Virus record (IMG/VR): IMGVR_UViG_2974632988_000001
Coordinates: 59,923-123,922 of that record
Length of the DNA stretch: 64,000 nucleotides
Source of the DNA: a virus
Taxonomy: Duplodnaviria; Heunggongvirae; Uroviricota; Caudoviricetes; Herelleviridae
Reading direction: 5' to 3' (one strand)
The position numbers and the translations under genes are program-made. Every line of letters starts with the position of its first letter. The stretch's first letter is position 1. The notes below the pieces were generated by a model that made no database searches, was not told where the DNA came from, and worked only from the letters and a program-made list of their open reading frames with translations. Of the stretch, positions 16,522 through 26,025 are shown piece after piece.

Positions 16522-17850
16522 CTAAATAATCTCTCCTTCTTTTAACATAATTGGGTAAAATACTGGAGACTTACGACCTTCTTCTAGGATAATAATCATC
16601 TGGGAGCCAAAACTTGAAGACATGTTGTTATCTTTAGAGAAGTCATTTTCTCCTTGAGGGCTACCTACTACCACTTTGTATCGTGCGTAATCCTCTTGTT
16701 GGATTAAAGTAGAATGGAAGTGACCCATAATAATTAAATCAATAAGCTTCGTTTTAACGTGCTTTCCGATAATGTTATGTAAACCTTTCTTCTCTTTATC
16801 ACCATGTACTGCTTTTACTGTTAATCCGGCAATCTCTTGTGTATGCGCGTACATAGATTCACGGTTATCTACTACAGTAACGTTAGGGAGTTGTCCTAAA
16901 TCCTCTTGCAGCATGATTAAAGTAGAAAGTAAGATATATGCTGTGCTATCTCCACTGATTACGTCATTCTTAGAAGTTTGCATTCTATCATGGTTACCCG
17001 CAATTTGAGTATAGGTAACGTGTAAGTGCTTCGATAACTTACTTAAGATGTCCACTGTTAATCTCGTAGCAGTTGCAATTTGTTGTGACAAGTGCATCTC
17101 CGCATCAAACGCTTGGTTTACATTACGCATATTGATATGTTCTGTTATGTCCCCTAAGTTGTATACGTATAGATGTTTGATATCCTGCTCTTTTACTAAT
17201 CGCAATGTTTCTTCTACGATATTATCTGCATAGCTTGTCAACATATCGAAGTTGTAACCGCCTGTCGTTTCGTTAATGACATACATTCCTACATGCCAAT
17301 CGCTAAAGCACAGAATAAGGCTCTTGTCGCCCTGCTGTGGCGGTTTTCTCTCTGTGGTAATGTATTTAGCTTTAGGTAGGTCTTTAAGCTCCTCAATCAG
17401 CTCTTTTTTAAGGCTCTCGAAGAGCAACTTCATCGCAGTACCATCACGTTGCATCTTACGGAACTCACGAAGGTTCGCCATGTTATTCTCTTTTTCAGTT
17501 ATGTATGGTGTTACCATCGGGAATACATCTTTCTCAGTTAACTTAGGTTCACTTTCTTCCTCGTCAGCTTTTAATCCCGGGATGTTATCTAAAGTGATTT
17601 CACCCTTCACAGCTAACTCGTACAACATAGTTAGTGTATCCGCATCGTTAACGTGATTAGCTATCTCCTGCAAGTCTTTAAGCGTTACACTTTCATATCC
17701 TACTTCTTTAAATAGTTTATTGAAAACGGATAAAGGTACATGACCTCGCTCTCGTTTTAAGTAACCCATGATGACCGCAGAAGTACCTAAGTAACCTTCT
17801 ACTCTTGTGTCTTTCTTGTTCGTCAAATTGTTTCCTCCTTTAAATATCAC
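16522..17850 (-). CDS. calcineurin-like metallophosphoesterase with about 170-aa N-terminal extension
   Basis: Motifs CFSDWHVG, NLGDITEH, GNHD, GHFH. Confidence 0.7.
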   Translation of the reverse strand: MIFKGGNNLTNKKDTRVEGYLGTSAVIMGYLKRERGHVPLSVFNKLFKEVGYESVTLKDLQEIANHVNDADTLTMLYELAVKGEITLDNIPGLKADEEESEPKLTEKDVFPMVTPYITEKENNMANLREFRKMQRDGTAMKLLFESLKKELIEELKDLPKAKYITTERKPPQQGDKSLILCFSDWHVGMYVINETTGGYNFDMLTSYADNIVEETLRLVKEQDIKHLYVYNLGDITEHINMRNVNQAFDAEMHLSQQIATATRLTVDILSKLSKHLHVTYTQIAGNHDRMQTSKNDVISGDSTAYILLSTLIMLQEDLGQLPNVTVVDNRESMYAHTQEIAGLTVKAVHGDKEKKGLHNIIGKHVKTKLIDLIIMGHFHSTLIQQEDYARYKVVVGSPQGENDFSKDNNMSSSFGSQMIIILEEGRKSPVFYPIMLKEGEII

Positions 17851-18808
17851 CGCTAAGTAATGTAACCATCGAATTTTTCATCAATTCTGCATAGCTAATT
17901 TGTACAAATAGACTTCCTACATTCTCTTTACCTGTAGCTCGTCCACTAACGCCTTTGATGAACTCTCTCGCGTCTACACCTTTAGTACGGACAGAGAACA
18001 TATCGTTACCTTTCGTAGCTCGTCCTACACATACAACTGTAGGTGCCTCTTGATAACCAACTTCTAGTAATCTATTTGCAATCTCATTTATGTATCTATC
18101 TGCAAAGACAACCTTTAACTTGCACGGCACATCGTTAATTACGATATCTGCTGTCTTTGTTTGTTCAATTTTATCTTTTATGTATTCTGACATAGCCATC
18201 ATTTGCCCGGCTATTACGCACTTGTTATCTGTTACTGCTTGTTGTATTGTCTTACCTGCTAGTGCAGTAGGCATATACTTACCCATTGCATTGTACATAG
18301 CTAGTAAGTATTTCGTTAACTTATCATCATACCATGTCCAAGTACGATATTTATTAGCTACTACCGCTAATTGTTTTGCTTTTCCTGATTCCCAGTCACC
18401 TTCATACTGGATGTACGGGAACATATTGCTTCTCTGTAGGATATCATACACATCTATAATTGGGTCTTTATCTTCTACCACTCTAGATATAATATGTTCA
18501 CCCGGTAATTCTTCACCATATGTAGCTACATGAATGAAGTTCGTAAACGGGTTGTTTAGTTCAATAGTAAATTCTACTGGTAAGTTCCCACCCATATACG
18601 CAATACCTAGTACAATGATGTTGTTGTATCCTTTAAATCTACTAACATCTCGGAAATCGAGAGTTTTTGTATATTCCACCTCCACATCGATATTGCTGTT
18701 CAGAAATAATTCTTCTAGAACCGCTACACCTGTAACTCCTTCGAACGATGGTGGAACAAACACTTTTAAGATTTCTTTCTCCAAACATACTCCTCCTTTC
18801 TTCATCAT
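17840..18808 (-). CDS. hypothetical protein, possibly degenerate DHH/DHHA1-like phosphoesterase fold
   Basis: C-terminal GRATKGNDMFSVRTKG...GVSGRATGKENVGS is glycine-rich DHHA1-like; no canonical DHH triad; start may be TTG near 18781. Confidence 0.5.
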   Translation of the reverse strand: MMKKGGVCLEKEILKVFVPPSFEGVTGVAVLEELFLNSNIDVEVEYTKTLDFRDVSRFKGYNNIIVLGIAYMGGNLPVEFTIELNNPFTNFIHVATYGEELPGEHIISRVVEDKDPIIDVYDILQRSNMFPYIQYEGDWESGKAKQLAVVANKYRTWTWYDDKLTKYLLAMYNAMGKYMPTALAGKTIQQAVTDNKCVIAGQMMAMSEYIKDKIEQTKTADIVINDVPCKLKVVFADRYINEIANRLLEVGYQEAPTVVCVGRATKGNDMFSVRTKGVDAREFIKGVSGRATGKENVGSLFVQISYAELMKNSMVTLLSGDI

Positions 18809-18814
18809 AAGAAT

Positions 18815-18843
18815 ATTCTACCAACTAATCTACCAAAAGTCAA
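18815..18843 (-). promoter_or_regulatory. sigma-A-type promoter TTGACT-17-TAGAAT
   Basis: rc of agtcaa 18838-18843, attcta 18815-18820. Confidence 0.55.
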
Positions 18844-18856
18844 TAGTTTTATGCAT

Positions 18857-18884
18857 AAAAAAATAGAAGGTTTTTACACCTTCT
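18857..18884 (-). terminator. rho-independent terminator (AGAAGGT/ACCTTCT plus U7)
   Basis: Inverted repeat 18865-18871/18878-18884, A-run 18857-18863. Confidence 0.65.
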
Positions 18885-18904
18885 ACTCTTCGTTATTTAT
18901 TCAC

Positions 18905-19381
18905 TTATGGTGTTACTGGAGGAGTACCTAAATCTAGTAATTCGTCTCCACCTAATCGGAAGTCGTTTACACCTAATGAGAACTCTGTATTAGCGAACTC
19001 AAGAAATGCAAGTACGATTTCTTTATCCATTTTGTCAGCAGCGATACCTTTAACCTTTTCGAATCCACGACCTTGATAACCGTCACGGAATGTTGGGTGG
19101 TTACGTCCTACTGTGTATGTAAGTTCTGTGCCTTTTGCTACGATAACTGGTCGGTCTAACACTTCTACTAGACTCTTATTATCCGCAGCTAGTTTCATCG
19201 GAACAACTAAACGCGCACCGTCTTTGTCAACTACTTTGAATAAGTATTTACCTAGTGCTAATGAGATAGTATCCTCACGAGATGGTAAGTACCCTTCTGA
19301 ACGTGATACTGTTGCGAAGAAGTCTCCCGGATTCAATTTAACTGTTGCTAATTTTAAAACGTCTGCTAATTTCTTTGCCAT
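18905..19381 (-). CDS. hypothetical protein
   Basis: 158 aa ORF followed by terminator 18857-18884. Confidence 0.55.
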   Translation of the reverse strand: MAKKLADVLKLATVKLNPGDFFATVSRSEGYLPSREDTISLALGKYLFKVVDKDGARLVVPMKLAADNKSLVEVLDRPVIVAKGTELTYTVGRNHPTFRDGYQGRGFEKVKGIAADKMDKEIVLAFLEFANTEFSLGVNDFRLGGDELLDLGTPPVTP

Positions 19382-19383
19382 AA

Positions 19384-19683
19384 TTACTTGTCTCCTTTTT
19401 TCTCAATTGTAATTTGCTCGGTAGCGTGTGCTTTGATACGAGCTTGTTTCGTGATGTTGTTATTCTTCCACGCCATATGTAAGCTGGAACCCATTAAGAA
19501 TAATGCAGATAATACATCATACAATACACTTTGGTCTACTTGCCATCCTAACTCATGACCTAGTAAAGAAGCTACAGCGTTTACTAAAGCTACTAAGAAC
19601 ACAACAAAACGGACAATAGTACCCGGGGAAATTGGTGGTGCCTCCTGTGGTACAAATACTTCATGTTTATCGTGATTTTCCAT
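19384..19683 (-). CDS. small membrane protein (holin-like topology, 2 TM, charged C-tail)
   Basis: VRFVVFLVALVNAVASLLG and VLYDVLSALFLMGSSL then K-rich tail. Confidence 0.45.
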   Translation of the reverse strand: MENHDKHEVFVPQEAPPISPGTIVRFVVFLVALVNAVASLLGHELGWQVDQSVLYDVLSALFLMGSSLHMAWKNNNITKQARIKAHATEQITIEKKGDK

Positions 19684-19734
19684 TTACTATTCACCTCTCC
19701 TTAGTTATCTACTATAATATAGCACAAGGTACTG

Positions 19735-19893
19735 TTTATTCTTCCGATTCAATTACCATAACCGATATACCTAACGAGAAAGATTTATCCATATGTAGCA
19801 TAGCTTGATGAATTAATTCAACTTTTTCCTTATCGGTAAAGTCCGCATATTTTTTTAATGAGAAGGTCGCCTCTACTCTAAACTCTTTGCCCA
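19735..19893 (-). CDS. hypothetical micro-protein (about 52 aa), not in ORF track
   Basis: GGAGGG RBS then ATG at 19893; reads MGKEFRVEATFSLKKYADFTDKEKVELIHQAML... Confidence 0.35.
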
Positions 19894-19895
19894 TA

Positions 19896-20531
19896 CTAAC
19901 CCTCCAATGCCGCTTCTAGCTTGAATTTGACAAACTCCTGTACATCCGCTATTTTCTCTCGGATAACTGTTACGGTTACCCCTTGTTTACTGTACTTCGC
20001 TCGTAACGTTTGTTCTATGTATGTGTCTTTATGCTCTTGCATTAGTAAGTATAAAATATCTTTCTCCATCTCATCGAAGGATACGCCTTGTAAAACGTAC
20101 TCTAGTGTCTCATAGTAATCTAATTCTGTATCAGCCACTTCCACACGTTCTAGAAGGTTCGTAACGTCAACCTCATTTTTTGTAACGAATACGCGGTTTC
20201 TATCACGATAGTTACCTTTGATGAAGCTGTTCTTTACTCGTAGTGTGAGCTTATTCTGGACATAGCCCGGAAAGTCTACAGCACCATTAATCTCATACTC
20301 TTTTACAAGCCTTACAAACTGTTCGGAAATATAGCTCCATAACTCTGCACGAGTAGCAGCATCAGATAAGTACCCTTTATACTGGTTATATACGCTCATG
20401 CGGAGGTTTTTGTATTGTACGAATAGTTTATCTACATCTCGTGAGAAAACGCCCGTATGAGCGTCTGCGTTCGTTAAAAACCTATTCCCATTTAACATAA
20501 GTTCTTTTTCTTTTTCTACGTTTCTAGCCAT
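19896..20531 (-). CDS. sigma-factor-like protein (24 kDa; possible late-transcription regulator)
   Basis: Weak region-2-like FVRLVKEYEINGAVDFPGYVQNKLTLRVKNSFIKGNYRD; size similar to SPO1 late regulator gp34. Confidence 0.4.
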   Translation of the reverse strand: MARNVEKEKELMLNGNRFLTNADAHTGVFSRDVDKLFVQYKNLRMSVYNQYKGYLSDAATRAELWSYISEQFVRLVKEYEINGAVDFPGYVQNKLTLRVKNSFIKGNYRDRNRVFVTKNEVDVTNLLERVEVADTELDYYETLEYVLQGVSFDEMEKDILYLLMQEHKDTYIEQTLRAKYSKQGVTVTVIREKIADVQEFVKFKLEAALEG

Positions 20532-20545
20532 CTATTTCCCCCTCT

Positions 20546-20773
20546 TTACTTCCTTTCCAGCAACCAACTTTCATCATCCCGTAGAGATTCCAAGTATTTA
20601 ACATGAGCTTGCAATACAGCTATGTCATTTAAATTCTCTTGTATAGCTCTATCCAAGAATCCTTGGTGGTCGTCATTACCTCGCCAACCGCAACCACGAC
20701 AGATATCTCTTTTATAGATGTCAATCTCGGTATCAGTTAACCTACTTCTACATATTCCACATCTCTTATGCAA
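20546..20773 (-). CDS. C4 zinc-finger small protein
   Basis: CGICRSRL...CRGCGW. Confidence 0.5.
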   Translation of the reverse strand: MHKRCGICRSRLTDTEIDIYKRDICRGCGWRGNDDHQGFLDRAIQENLNDIAVLQAHVKYLESLRDDESWLLERK

Positions 20774-21122
20774 TAGGATTCATTCCCTCCAATATGGTTT
20801 TTACACCAATCTTTTTACAGAGGATATCGGAATAGTGGACTGTATAAGGGACGCGTAACTCCTCACCCTCGAAGTAACAAATAGAGGTACCCATTGCCCA
20901 GCGGTCATATGCTTTCTCAAACTGGATAATAACTGTTTGTGTACTATAAGAGTCTTTAATCTCTAATAGGACTTTCTTATCTTGTTTGATAATATTTCGA
21001 ATCTTCTCACGGATTAAAGCATATGATAGGGGTGTAGAGTTATCATCAGTTACCGTTCTCTCTCTATAACAATCTAGTGTTCCGGAAATAATATCCGTTC
21101 TAGTCTCTTTCCATTGTGTCAA
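20766..21122 (-). CDS. hypothetical protein
   Basis: 118 aa ORF. Confidence 0.55.
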   Translation of the reverse strand: MTQWKETRTDIISGTLDCYRERTVTDDNSTPLSYALIREKIRNIIKQDKKVLLEIKDSYSTQTVIIQFEKAYDRWAMGTSICYFEGEELRVPYTVHYSDILCKKIGVKTILEGMNPIA

Positions 21123-21178
21123 ACAAATTCCTCCCTCTGATGTACGATAGTAATAGAGAAAAAGGAAAGGGGATTACC

Positions 21179-22381
21179 CTAACCTTTTAAAATCTCTTCT
21201 ACTAAGTCGTCTTGGCTTTTCTCCGGTTCCTTATGTAAGTCGATTTCTGGGGTTACCTCTTCTACTTGGTCAATCCAACCAGTAATCGGTAGTGTTGCGT
21301 TATTTAATGCTGGGTACGGAGCATCACCATAAGAAGCTACGATTAACTTGTTTAATAGTTCTTGACGAACATAGCAACCTTCGTCTCGTAACCATTCGAT
21401 AAAGTTATCTTTCTTCATTTTGTGGTGTTCACCTGTAGCATCTGTGTACTCATAACTTTGTCCGGTAGTTCCTAGAATCTTTTCATCTTCCGCCATCTTA
21501 GCGATGTTGTATTCGTAGTCAATACCAGTAAGTGATAGTAACGCTGCTTCTGCTTCTTGTAATGGTGGAGATACTTTAGACTTACGAGTTTTAACACCCA
21601 TAGTATGTCCTAAGTGTTCTGCTGTAGCTCCCGAACCTTTTTTGATAGCTGATTTCTTTTTAATCTCTAGTCGTAATGTTGCAGCATGCTCCCAAGCTTT
21701 ACCACCCGGTACTTTGTACTGTTTGAACATCGGGTTTCCACCGATGTCGTCACGGACTTGGTTAATACCTACGAATAAAGATTTAGATTGAGAAATCATT
21801 GGTGTTACTTTCGTTACGAACTGTGTAATCGCTTTCGCTCTTGCGCCTACGTTCTGTTCACCGAAGTCTTTGTCCAACTCTACATCAGAAGGAGTTTGTC
21901 CTACAGAATCCCAAACGTATACAACTGGTGCATTAGGATATTTCGCTTTGAAGATTTCTAAAGTCTGTTCGATAGTAGAACCTACTTCTTCAACTGTTAA
22001 TGCGCGACCTTTACTTAAGTCAGGCTGTTTAACTAGTACTTTAGAAATATCAATACCTAGTGATGCTAGACGTTGTTTATCGCTTGTACCCTCTACGTCA
22101 ATCAGTACGCAAATGCAACCTAATCGAGAAGCTACGCGTAATACGTGATGAGTGAAAGTAGATTTACCACCAGATGGTACCCCTGCAACCTCAATCATAC
22201 GTCCAAAAGGTAGTCCCCCACCTAGAATTTTATCGATACGAGGCAAGAATAATGGTAATCTGTCTAATACTTCTGCATAATCAGAATCTTGTAAAAGTAC
22301 TAATCCCATACTCTCGTCTGCTAAGATAGATAAATCAATATCTAGTGGAGCTACTGATACTTTATTTTGTTTTTTTGCCAT
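21179..22381 (-). CDS. RecA-family recombinase (UvsX/RecA-like) with C-terminal extension
   Basis: Walker A GVPSGGKST, Walker B CVLIDVEGT, RecA core, 400 aa. Confidence 0.8.
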   Translation of the reverse strand: MAKKQNKVSVAPLDIDLSILADESMGLVLLQDSDYAEVLDRLPLFLPRIDKILGGGLPFGRMIEVAGVPSGGKSTFTHHVLRVASRLGCICVLIDVEGTSDKQRLASLGIDISKVLVKQPDLSKGRALTVEEVGSTIEQTLEIFKAKYPNAPVVYVWDSVGQTPSDVELDKDFGEQNVGARAKAITQFVTKVTPMISQSKSLFVGINQVRDDIGGNPMFKQYKVPGGKAWEHAATLRLEIKKKSAIKKGSGATAEHLGHTMGVKTRKSKVSPPLQEAEAALLSLTGIDYEYNIAKMAEDEKILGTTGQSYEYTDATGEHHKMKKDNFIEWLRDEGCYVRQELLNKLIVASYGDAPYPALNNATLPITGWIDQVEEVTPEIDLHKEPEKSQDDLVEEILKG

Positions 22382-22429
22382 ATATTAATAATTCCTCCTA
22401 TGTACTACTTACTTATAGCCTATGTATTA

Positions 22430-22801
22430 CTAAACTTCGTGCGTTCCTTCTACTCCACGAGCTTTACGTTCGCGTGTACGGTTCGTCAAATGATACAATG
22501 CTTTGTGTAACCCATTTAAAGCCTCTTCATTATCACGACAAGCATACTTGGTTTCTTGGAAGCATTCTAAACGTTTCATAATCATAAGAATTAAATCTTC
22601 GTTTGTGACACCGTTTACACCGTGTTCTTTAATTGCCCCTTCTTGGAATCGGATAAGCGCTAATGTGTCGCGGTCTTCTGTAGCAACTACTTGGAACTTA
22701 TGCGGCGCATGATGGACATAGTTTTGCTTTGGCTCATCACACCATACCTCTGTATATTCACCATCTAGTAATTCATGCTCTAATTTCATATAATTCGTCA
22801 T
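22430..22801 (-). CDS. hypothetical protein
   Basis: 123 aa ORF; hairpin downstream at about 22820-22850. Confidence 0.55.
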   Translation of the reverse strand: MTNYMKLEHELLDGEYTEVWCDEPKQNYVHHAPHKFQVVATEDRDTLALIRFQEGAIKEHGVNGVTNEDLILMIMKRLECFQETKYACRDNEEALNGLHKALYHLTNRTRERKARGVEGTHEV

Positions 22802-22857
22802 TATTTACCTCCTATTTTTAATAAAGATAGCCCAGCCAAAAGGCTAGGACTTACATC

Positions 22858-24162
22858 TTATTGAAGCTCTTCCGCAATCATAGCATCGATATCAGGGAAT
22901 CCGTTATCGTTTGTAGCTACTTTCGTTAAATCAGGTTGCGTTTGTGGCGCTGTTTGTTGTACCGTATTTGCTGGTTGTTGAGCTGGCGGTACTGGAGGTG
23001 CTGTTGTTACTGGTGCGCCTACTCCACCATTTTGAGATAAGTCAGTCGATACTCCAATGTCAAACGGGTCTGGCTCATTCATACCAGATGGTAATTGGAT
23101 GTTAGGCTCCGATTGTGGTTGGTATGCAGGTGGTTGGTACGCTGGTGGCGCTTGGTAACCTGTAGCTGCTTGTTGACCGTAACTCGGCGCTGGCGGTGCT
23201 TGGTATGCAGTTTGAGCTGGTGGTGCATATGTATTTTGTGGTGCTTGGTATGTATTAGCTGTTTGACCGTAAGGATTCTGTCCTAAAGCTGGAGCTTGTC
23301 CATAGGGATTTTGACCTTGTGCCGGAGCTTGTCCATAAGGGTTAGCTTGTTGTCCGTAAGGATTTTGTTGTGGAGCTTGTCCTTGTGGCTGTTGTTGAGC
23401 CTGTCCCTGTGGTTTACCTTCTTTAATGCTGATGAATGTTTCTACCCATTGGTAACCATTCTCTAAACGCTCAGTTGGTACCGCATGTGCTGGTAAGTTC
23501 TCTAACTGTGTTTCCCAACCTTGTCCTAATGGTGGTAAGTTTGTTTGGTAAACTGTTACCGGATACTCCATTTGACCTTTAGCTGGTTTTGAGATTTTAA
23601 TAGGGTACGCACCGTTCGGGTCGATGAATGACAATTCACGTCCACCAGATAAGAACGGGTCTTGTAGATTCTTAAGAATCGTTTTGAACGCTGTTTGTGG
23701 CATTTCGAATAATCGTACTACTAGGTTGCCATGTTCGTCGCGCTCTTGGTATAATTGTTGTGGGTTCTGTGGATGCGGGAATACACGAACCACGTTTACT
23801 AGGTAAAGATTCTTAGGTTTTTGTTGTCCACCGAATGGAGTAGGAATCATTCCTTTATCTGTCCACTCTGCAATCTTGTTATCTAGTAATGAACCTTCAT
23901 TTACTTGGCTATCTAAAGTGAAGTTAACATTTAACTCTTTACCTTTAGATGTTTTAGCACTTAGGAAAATCTTACGAGTGTGTGCAAAGAACGGGCTTAC
24001 TAAATCACCAGATGGTAATAATTGAATCATTAATTCCGTTTGCCCTTTCTCGAAGAACAGGCGTTGGTGTTTTGTTTCCGGGTAAACTACCTTCGGATGG
24101 TCACCGCCTCCTTGTTGTTCTAAGTTCTTCTGTTCCTGTGCAATGATATCAGCAAAATTCAT
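22858..24162 (-). CDS. gp32-like single-stranded DNA-binding protein with Q/P/Y-rich low-complexity linker and acidic C-terminus
   Basis: LLPSGDLVSPFFAHTRKIF resembles T4 gp32 LPSKNDEQAPFAILVNHGF; tandem GQNPYGQAP-type repeats; acidic tail DIDAMIAEELQ. Confidence 0.6.
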   Translation of the reverse strand: MNFADIIAQEQKNLEQQGGGDHPKVVYPETKHQRLFFEKGQTELMIQLLPSGDLVSPFFAHTRKIFLSAKTSKGKELNVNFTLDSQVNEGSLLDNKIAEWTDKGMIPTPFGGQQKPKNLYLVNVVRVFPHPQNPQQLYQERDEHGNLVVRLFEMPQTAFKTILKNLQDPFLSGGRELSFIDPNGAYPIKISKPAKGQMEYPVTVYQTNLPPLGQGWETQLENLPAHAVPTERLENGYQWVETFISIKEGKPQGQAQQQPQGQAPQQNPYGQQANPYGQAPAQGQNPYGQAPALGQNPYGQTANTYQAPQNTYAPPAQTAYQAPPAPSYGQQAATGYQAPPAYQPPAYQPQSEPNIQLPSGMNEPDPFDIGVSTDLSQNGGVGAPVTTAPPVPPAQQPANTVQQTAPQTQPDLTKVATNDNGFPDIDAMIAEELQ

Positions 24163-24282
24163 ATATGTATTTTCCTCCTAATTATTTTAAATTTTCTTAT
24201 GTATTCTATGTACTACCCAAAAACTAAGTGACGTTGTTACCTTTCACTTTATTTATCCTCCTCTCTTAACTGGTACTCTATT

Positions 24283-24311
24283 ATAATACCATGTTATGAA
24301 TAGGATGTCAA
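24283..24311 (-). promoter_or_regulatory. sigma-A-type promoter TTGACA-17-TATTAT for the SSB gene (about 120-nt leader with 7-codon uORF)
   Basis: rc of tgtcaa 24306-24311, ataata 24283-24288; second TTGACT at 24343-24348. Confidence 0.5.
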
Positions 24312-24339
24312 CTAATTTTCTGAATTTTCTGAAAACTTA

Positions 24340-24534
24340 TTAGTCAAATCTATCTGCCTCTCCTAGAACCCACTTAAGAGCTAAAGTGAACGCTTTATTC
24401 TCCCTGATGAGAGTTCTTAATGTTTCTTTATCAATCCGACCTTCTTCATGTAATTTTCGATAGTATTTTTCTTTTTCTTTAAATTCACATAATTCGAGTC
24501 TGATTTCAAGCTCTGATTTCATTTCAATTCTCAA
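24340..24534 (-). CDS. hypothetical small protein
   Basis: 64 aa ORF. Confidence 0.4.
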   Translation of the reverse strand: MRIEMKSELEIRLELCEFKEKEKYYRKLHEEGRIDKETLRTLIRENKAFTLALKWVLGEADRFD

Positions 24535-25086
24535 CTAGTAGCTCCCTCCTACTCTTGGGTTGACTTGTTGTTGAGCATAGTTTAAATAAGCTTGTTCGTC
24601 TTGCATGAACTTACTACCTGCTCCGTGACCGTATGACAGGTCATTCGCTACTTGTTTACCATACGACTGTAGCATGTCTTTACGTTGTTCAAACGCTTTC
24701 ACAATACGTTGTAAACGACCAATAACATGCGTATAGTGTACGCAAACCTTTTTCTGTTTTAAATACGCTTCTTGTTGCTTTATGTATGCTTCCACTTGGT
24801 CTTTTGTTGCTTTTCCACCTTGTGCGGTGATATGTGTTCGTGCTTCTCCATCTAACTTCGACCATACAACTTCTAGGTTTAGTTCTTCCATCTCTTGATA
24901 ATATCGTAGCTTCTCTAATAAAGAAGACCAGTATATATACTTCGACGGTTGTTCTAACATCTCCTGCTGCAAAATAGACTCGTTAATTTTTAATTCATTA
25001 CGCATGTCGTATATCAGTTCTTGTCCAGACTCATCTTTTATGCGTAAATTCTGAAAATCTAACGTGTCCACGTTTACGTCTATCAA
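24535..25086 (-). CDS. hypothetical protein (possibly replication/recombination accessory)
   Basis: ORF; AAGGAGGAG RBS favours TTG at 25086 over track start 25125. Confidence 0.55.
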   Translation of the reverse strand: MIDVNVDTLDFQNLRIKDESGQELIYDMRNELKINESILQQEMLEQPSKYIYWSSLLEKLRYYQEMEELNLEVVWSKLDGEARTHITAQGGKATKDQVEAYIKQQEAYLKQKKVCVHYTHVIGRLQRIVKAFEQRKDMLQSYGKQVANDLSYGHGAGSKFMQDEQAYLNYAQQQVNPRVGGSY

Positions 25087-25185
25087 ACGGCATTCTCCTC
25101 CTTTTAAATAGAATAGAGAAGACAACTATCATCTTCTCTAATTATAATACCACTATTCTATTAATAATGCAACTACTTTTTTAAA

Positions 25186-25443
25186 TTATTTTTTAACTAG
25201 TTTTAATTCGTATTCATCTTTAGAATAATGTCGAAATGCTTCGTTATTACGTTTGATGTTGTTAACCATGTCATTGATATCATGATATGTACCGTTCGCC
25301 CACGAGTTGAAGTTAGCACTTATTAAGTGATACTCTTCTTTGTTCGGTACTTTGTAAATGATGTACGTCCCGCTTCTAACTACAATGATATCTCCCGGTT
25401 GATAAACTGGTGCCTTTGGTTGCTCGTCTATAATAATTCTCAT
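25186..25443 (-). CDS. hypothetical small protein
   Basis: 85 aa ORF; hairpin 25115-25139 downstream. Confidence 0.5.
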   Translation of the reverse strand: MRIIIDEQPKAPVYQPGDIIVVRSGTYIIYKVPNKEEYHLISANFNSWANGTYHDINDMVNNIKRNNEAFRHYSKDEYELKLVKK

Positions 25444-25444
25444 T

Positions 25445-25645
25445 TTAATTTTCCTCCTCGTTTATATACCAATCTTTTTCTACTTTTGTTACTTCTTCTT
25501 TATGTATTACATCTTCACATTTTGTACACTTGTACATGGTTGTTTGTATTACTAAATTATCGTCTCCATCTCGAACTGATGCGATAGAAGCGTATTTAGC
25601 ATCGTAATCATGCCTACAAAAAATCTTTTTAAAATACTTAATCAA
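25445..25645 (-). CDS. small zinc-ribbon-like protein
   Basis: CRHDYD...CTKCEDV. Confidence 0.45.
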   Translation of the reverse strand: MIKYFKKIFCRHDYDAKYASIASVRDGDDNLVIQTTMYKCTKCEDVIHKEEVTKVEKDWYINEEEN

Positions 25646-25821
25646 TAAATTCCCTCCTCAAGATAGTCGTGTTCTAATTGTTTAACAACTTCCATATGGA
25701 AACTAGTAGTTTTAACTAGACTCCAATCGAACTCACTCTTATGACGGTACACATAGAAGAGTCCGTTCCACTTATATTCAAAATCCCCCTCGTAGTAAAC
25801 TCTATTTGTCTCCATTTAAAT

Positions 25822-26025
25822 TCACCCCTTATTTAGATTTAAATACAAGTCTAAAGTTTCCCACTCTTCTCGTGTCATCTTAGGATGTTTTGTTTTAATC
25901 CAAGCGAAATCTGCTTTCTCGTAAACACTTTTCATCCATCTTACATCTAATCTATTACCACCGTACACTCGCCACTCTTTGTATCCACCTACGTTTGTAC
26001 TAACTGTTAGAGATGCTGCCGCCAT
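25822..26025 (-). CDS. hypothetical small protein
   Basis: 67 aa ORF. Confidence 0.45.
   Translation of the reverse strand: MAAASLTVSTNVGGYKEWRVYGGNRLDVRWMKSVYEKADFAWIKTKHPKMTREEWETLDLYLNLNKG

Noticed and set aside
23080-23420. DNA-level tandem repeat in the SSB gene as a possible mobile or repeat element
   Set aside because: The repeat is in-frame and degenerate and encodes the Q/P/Y-rich linker. It is treated as a protein low-complexity domain rather than a separate DNA repeat feature.
24343-24348. Second TTGACT box upstream of the SSB promoter as an independent promoter
   Set aside because: No acceptable -10 element at 16-19 bp (TTCAGA), so it is likely a fortuitous or UP-like element.
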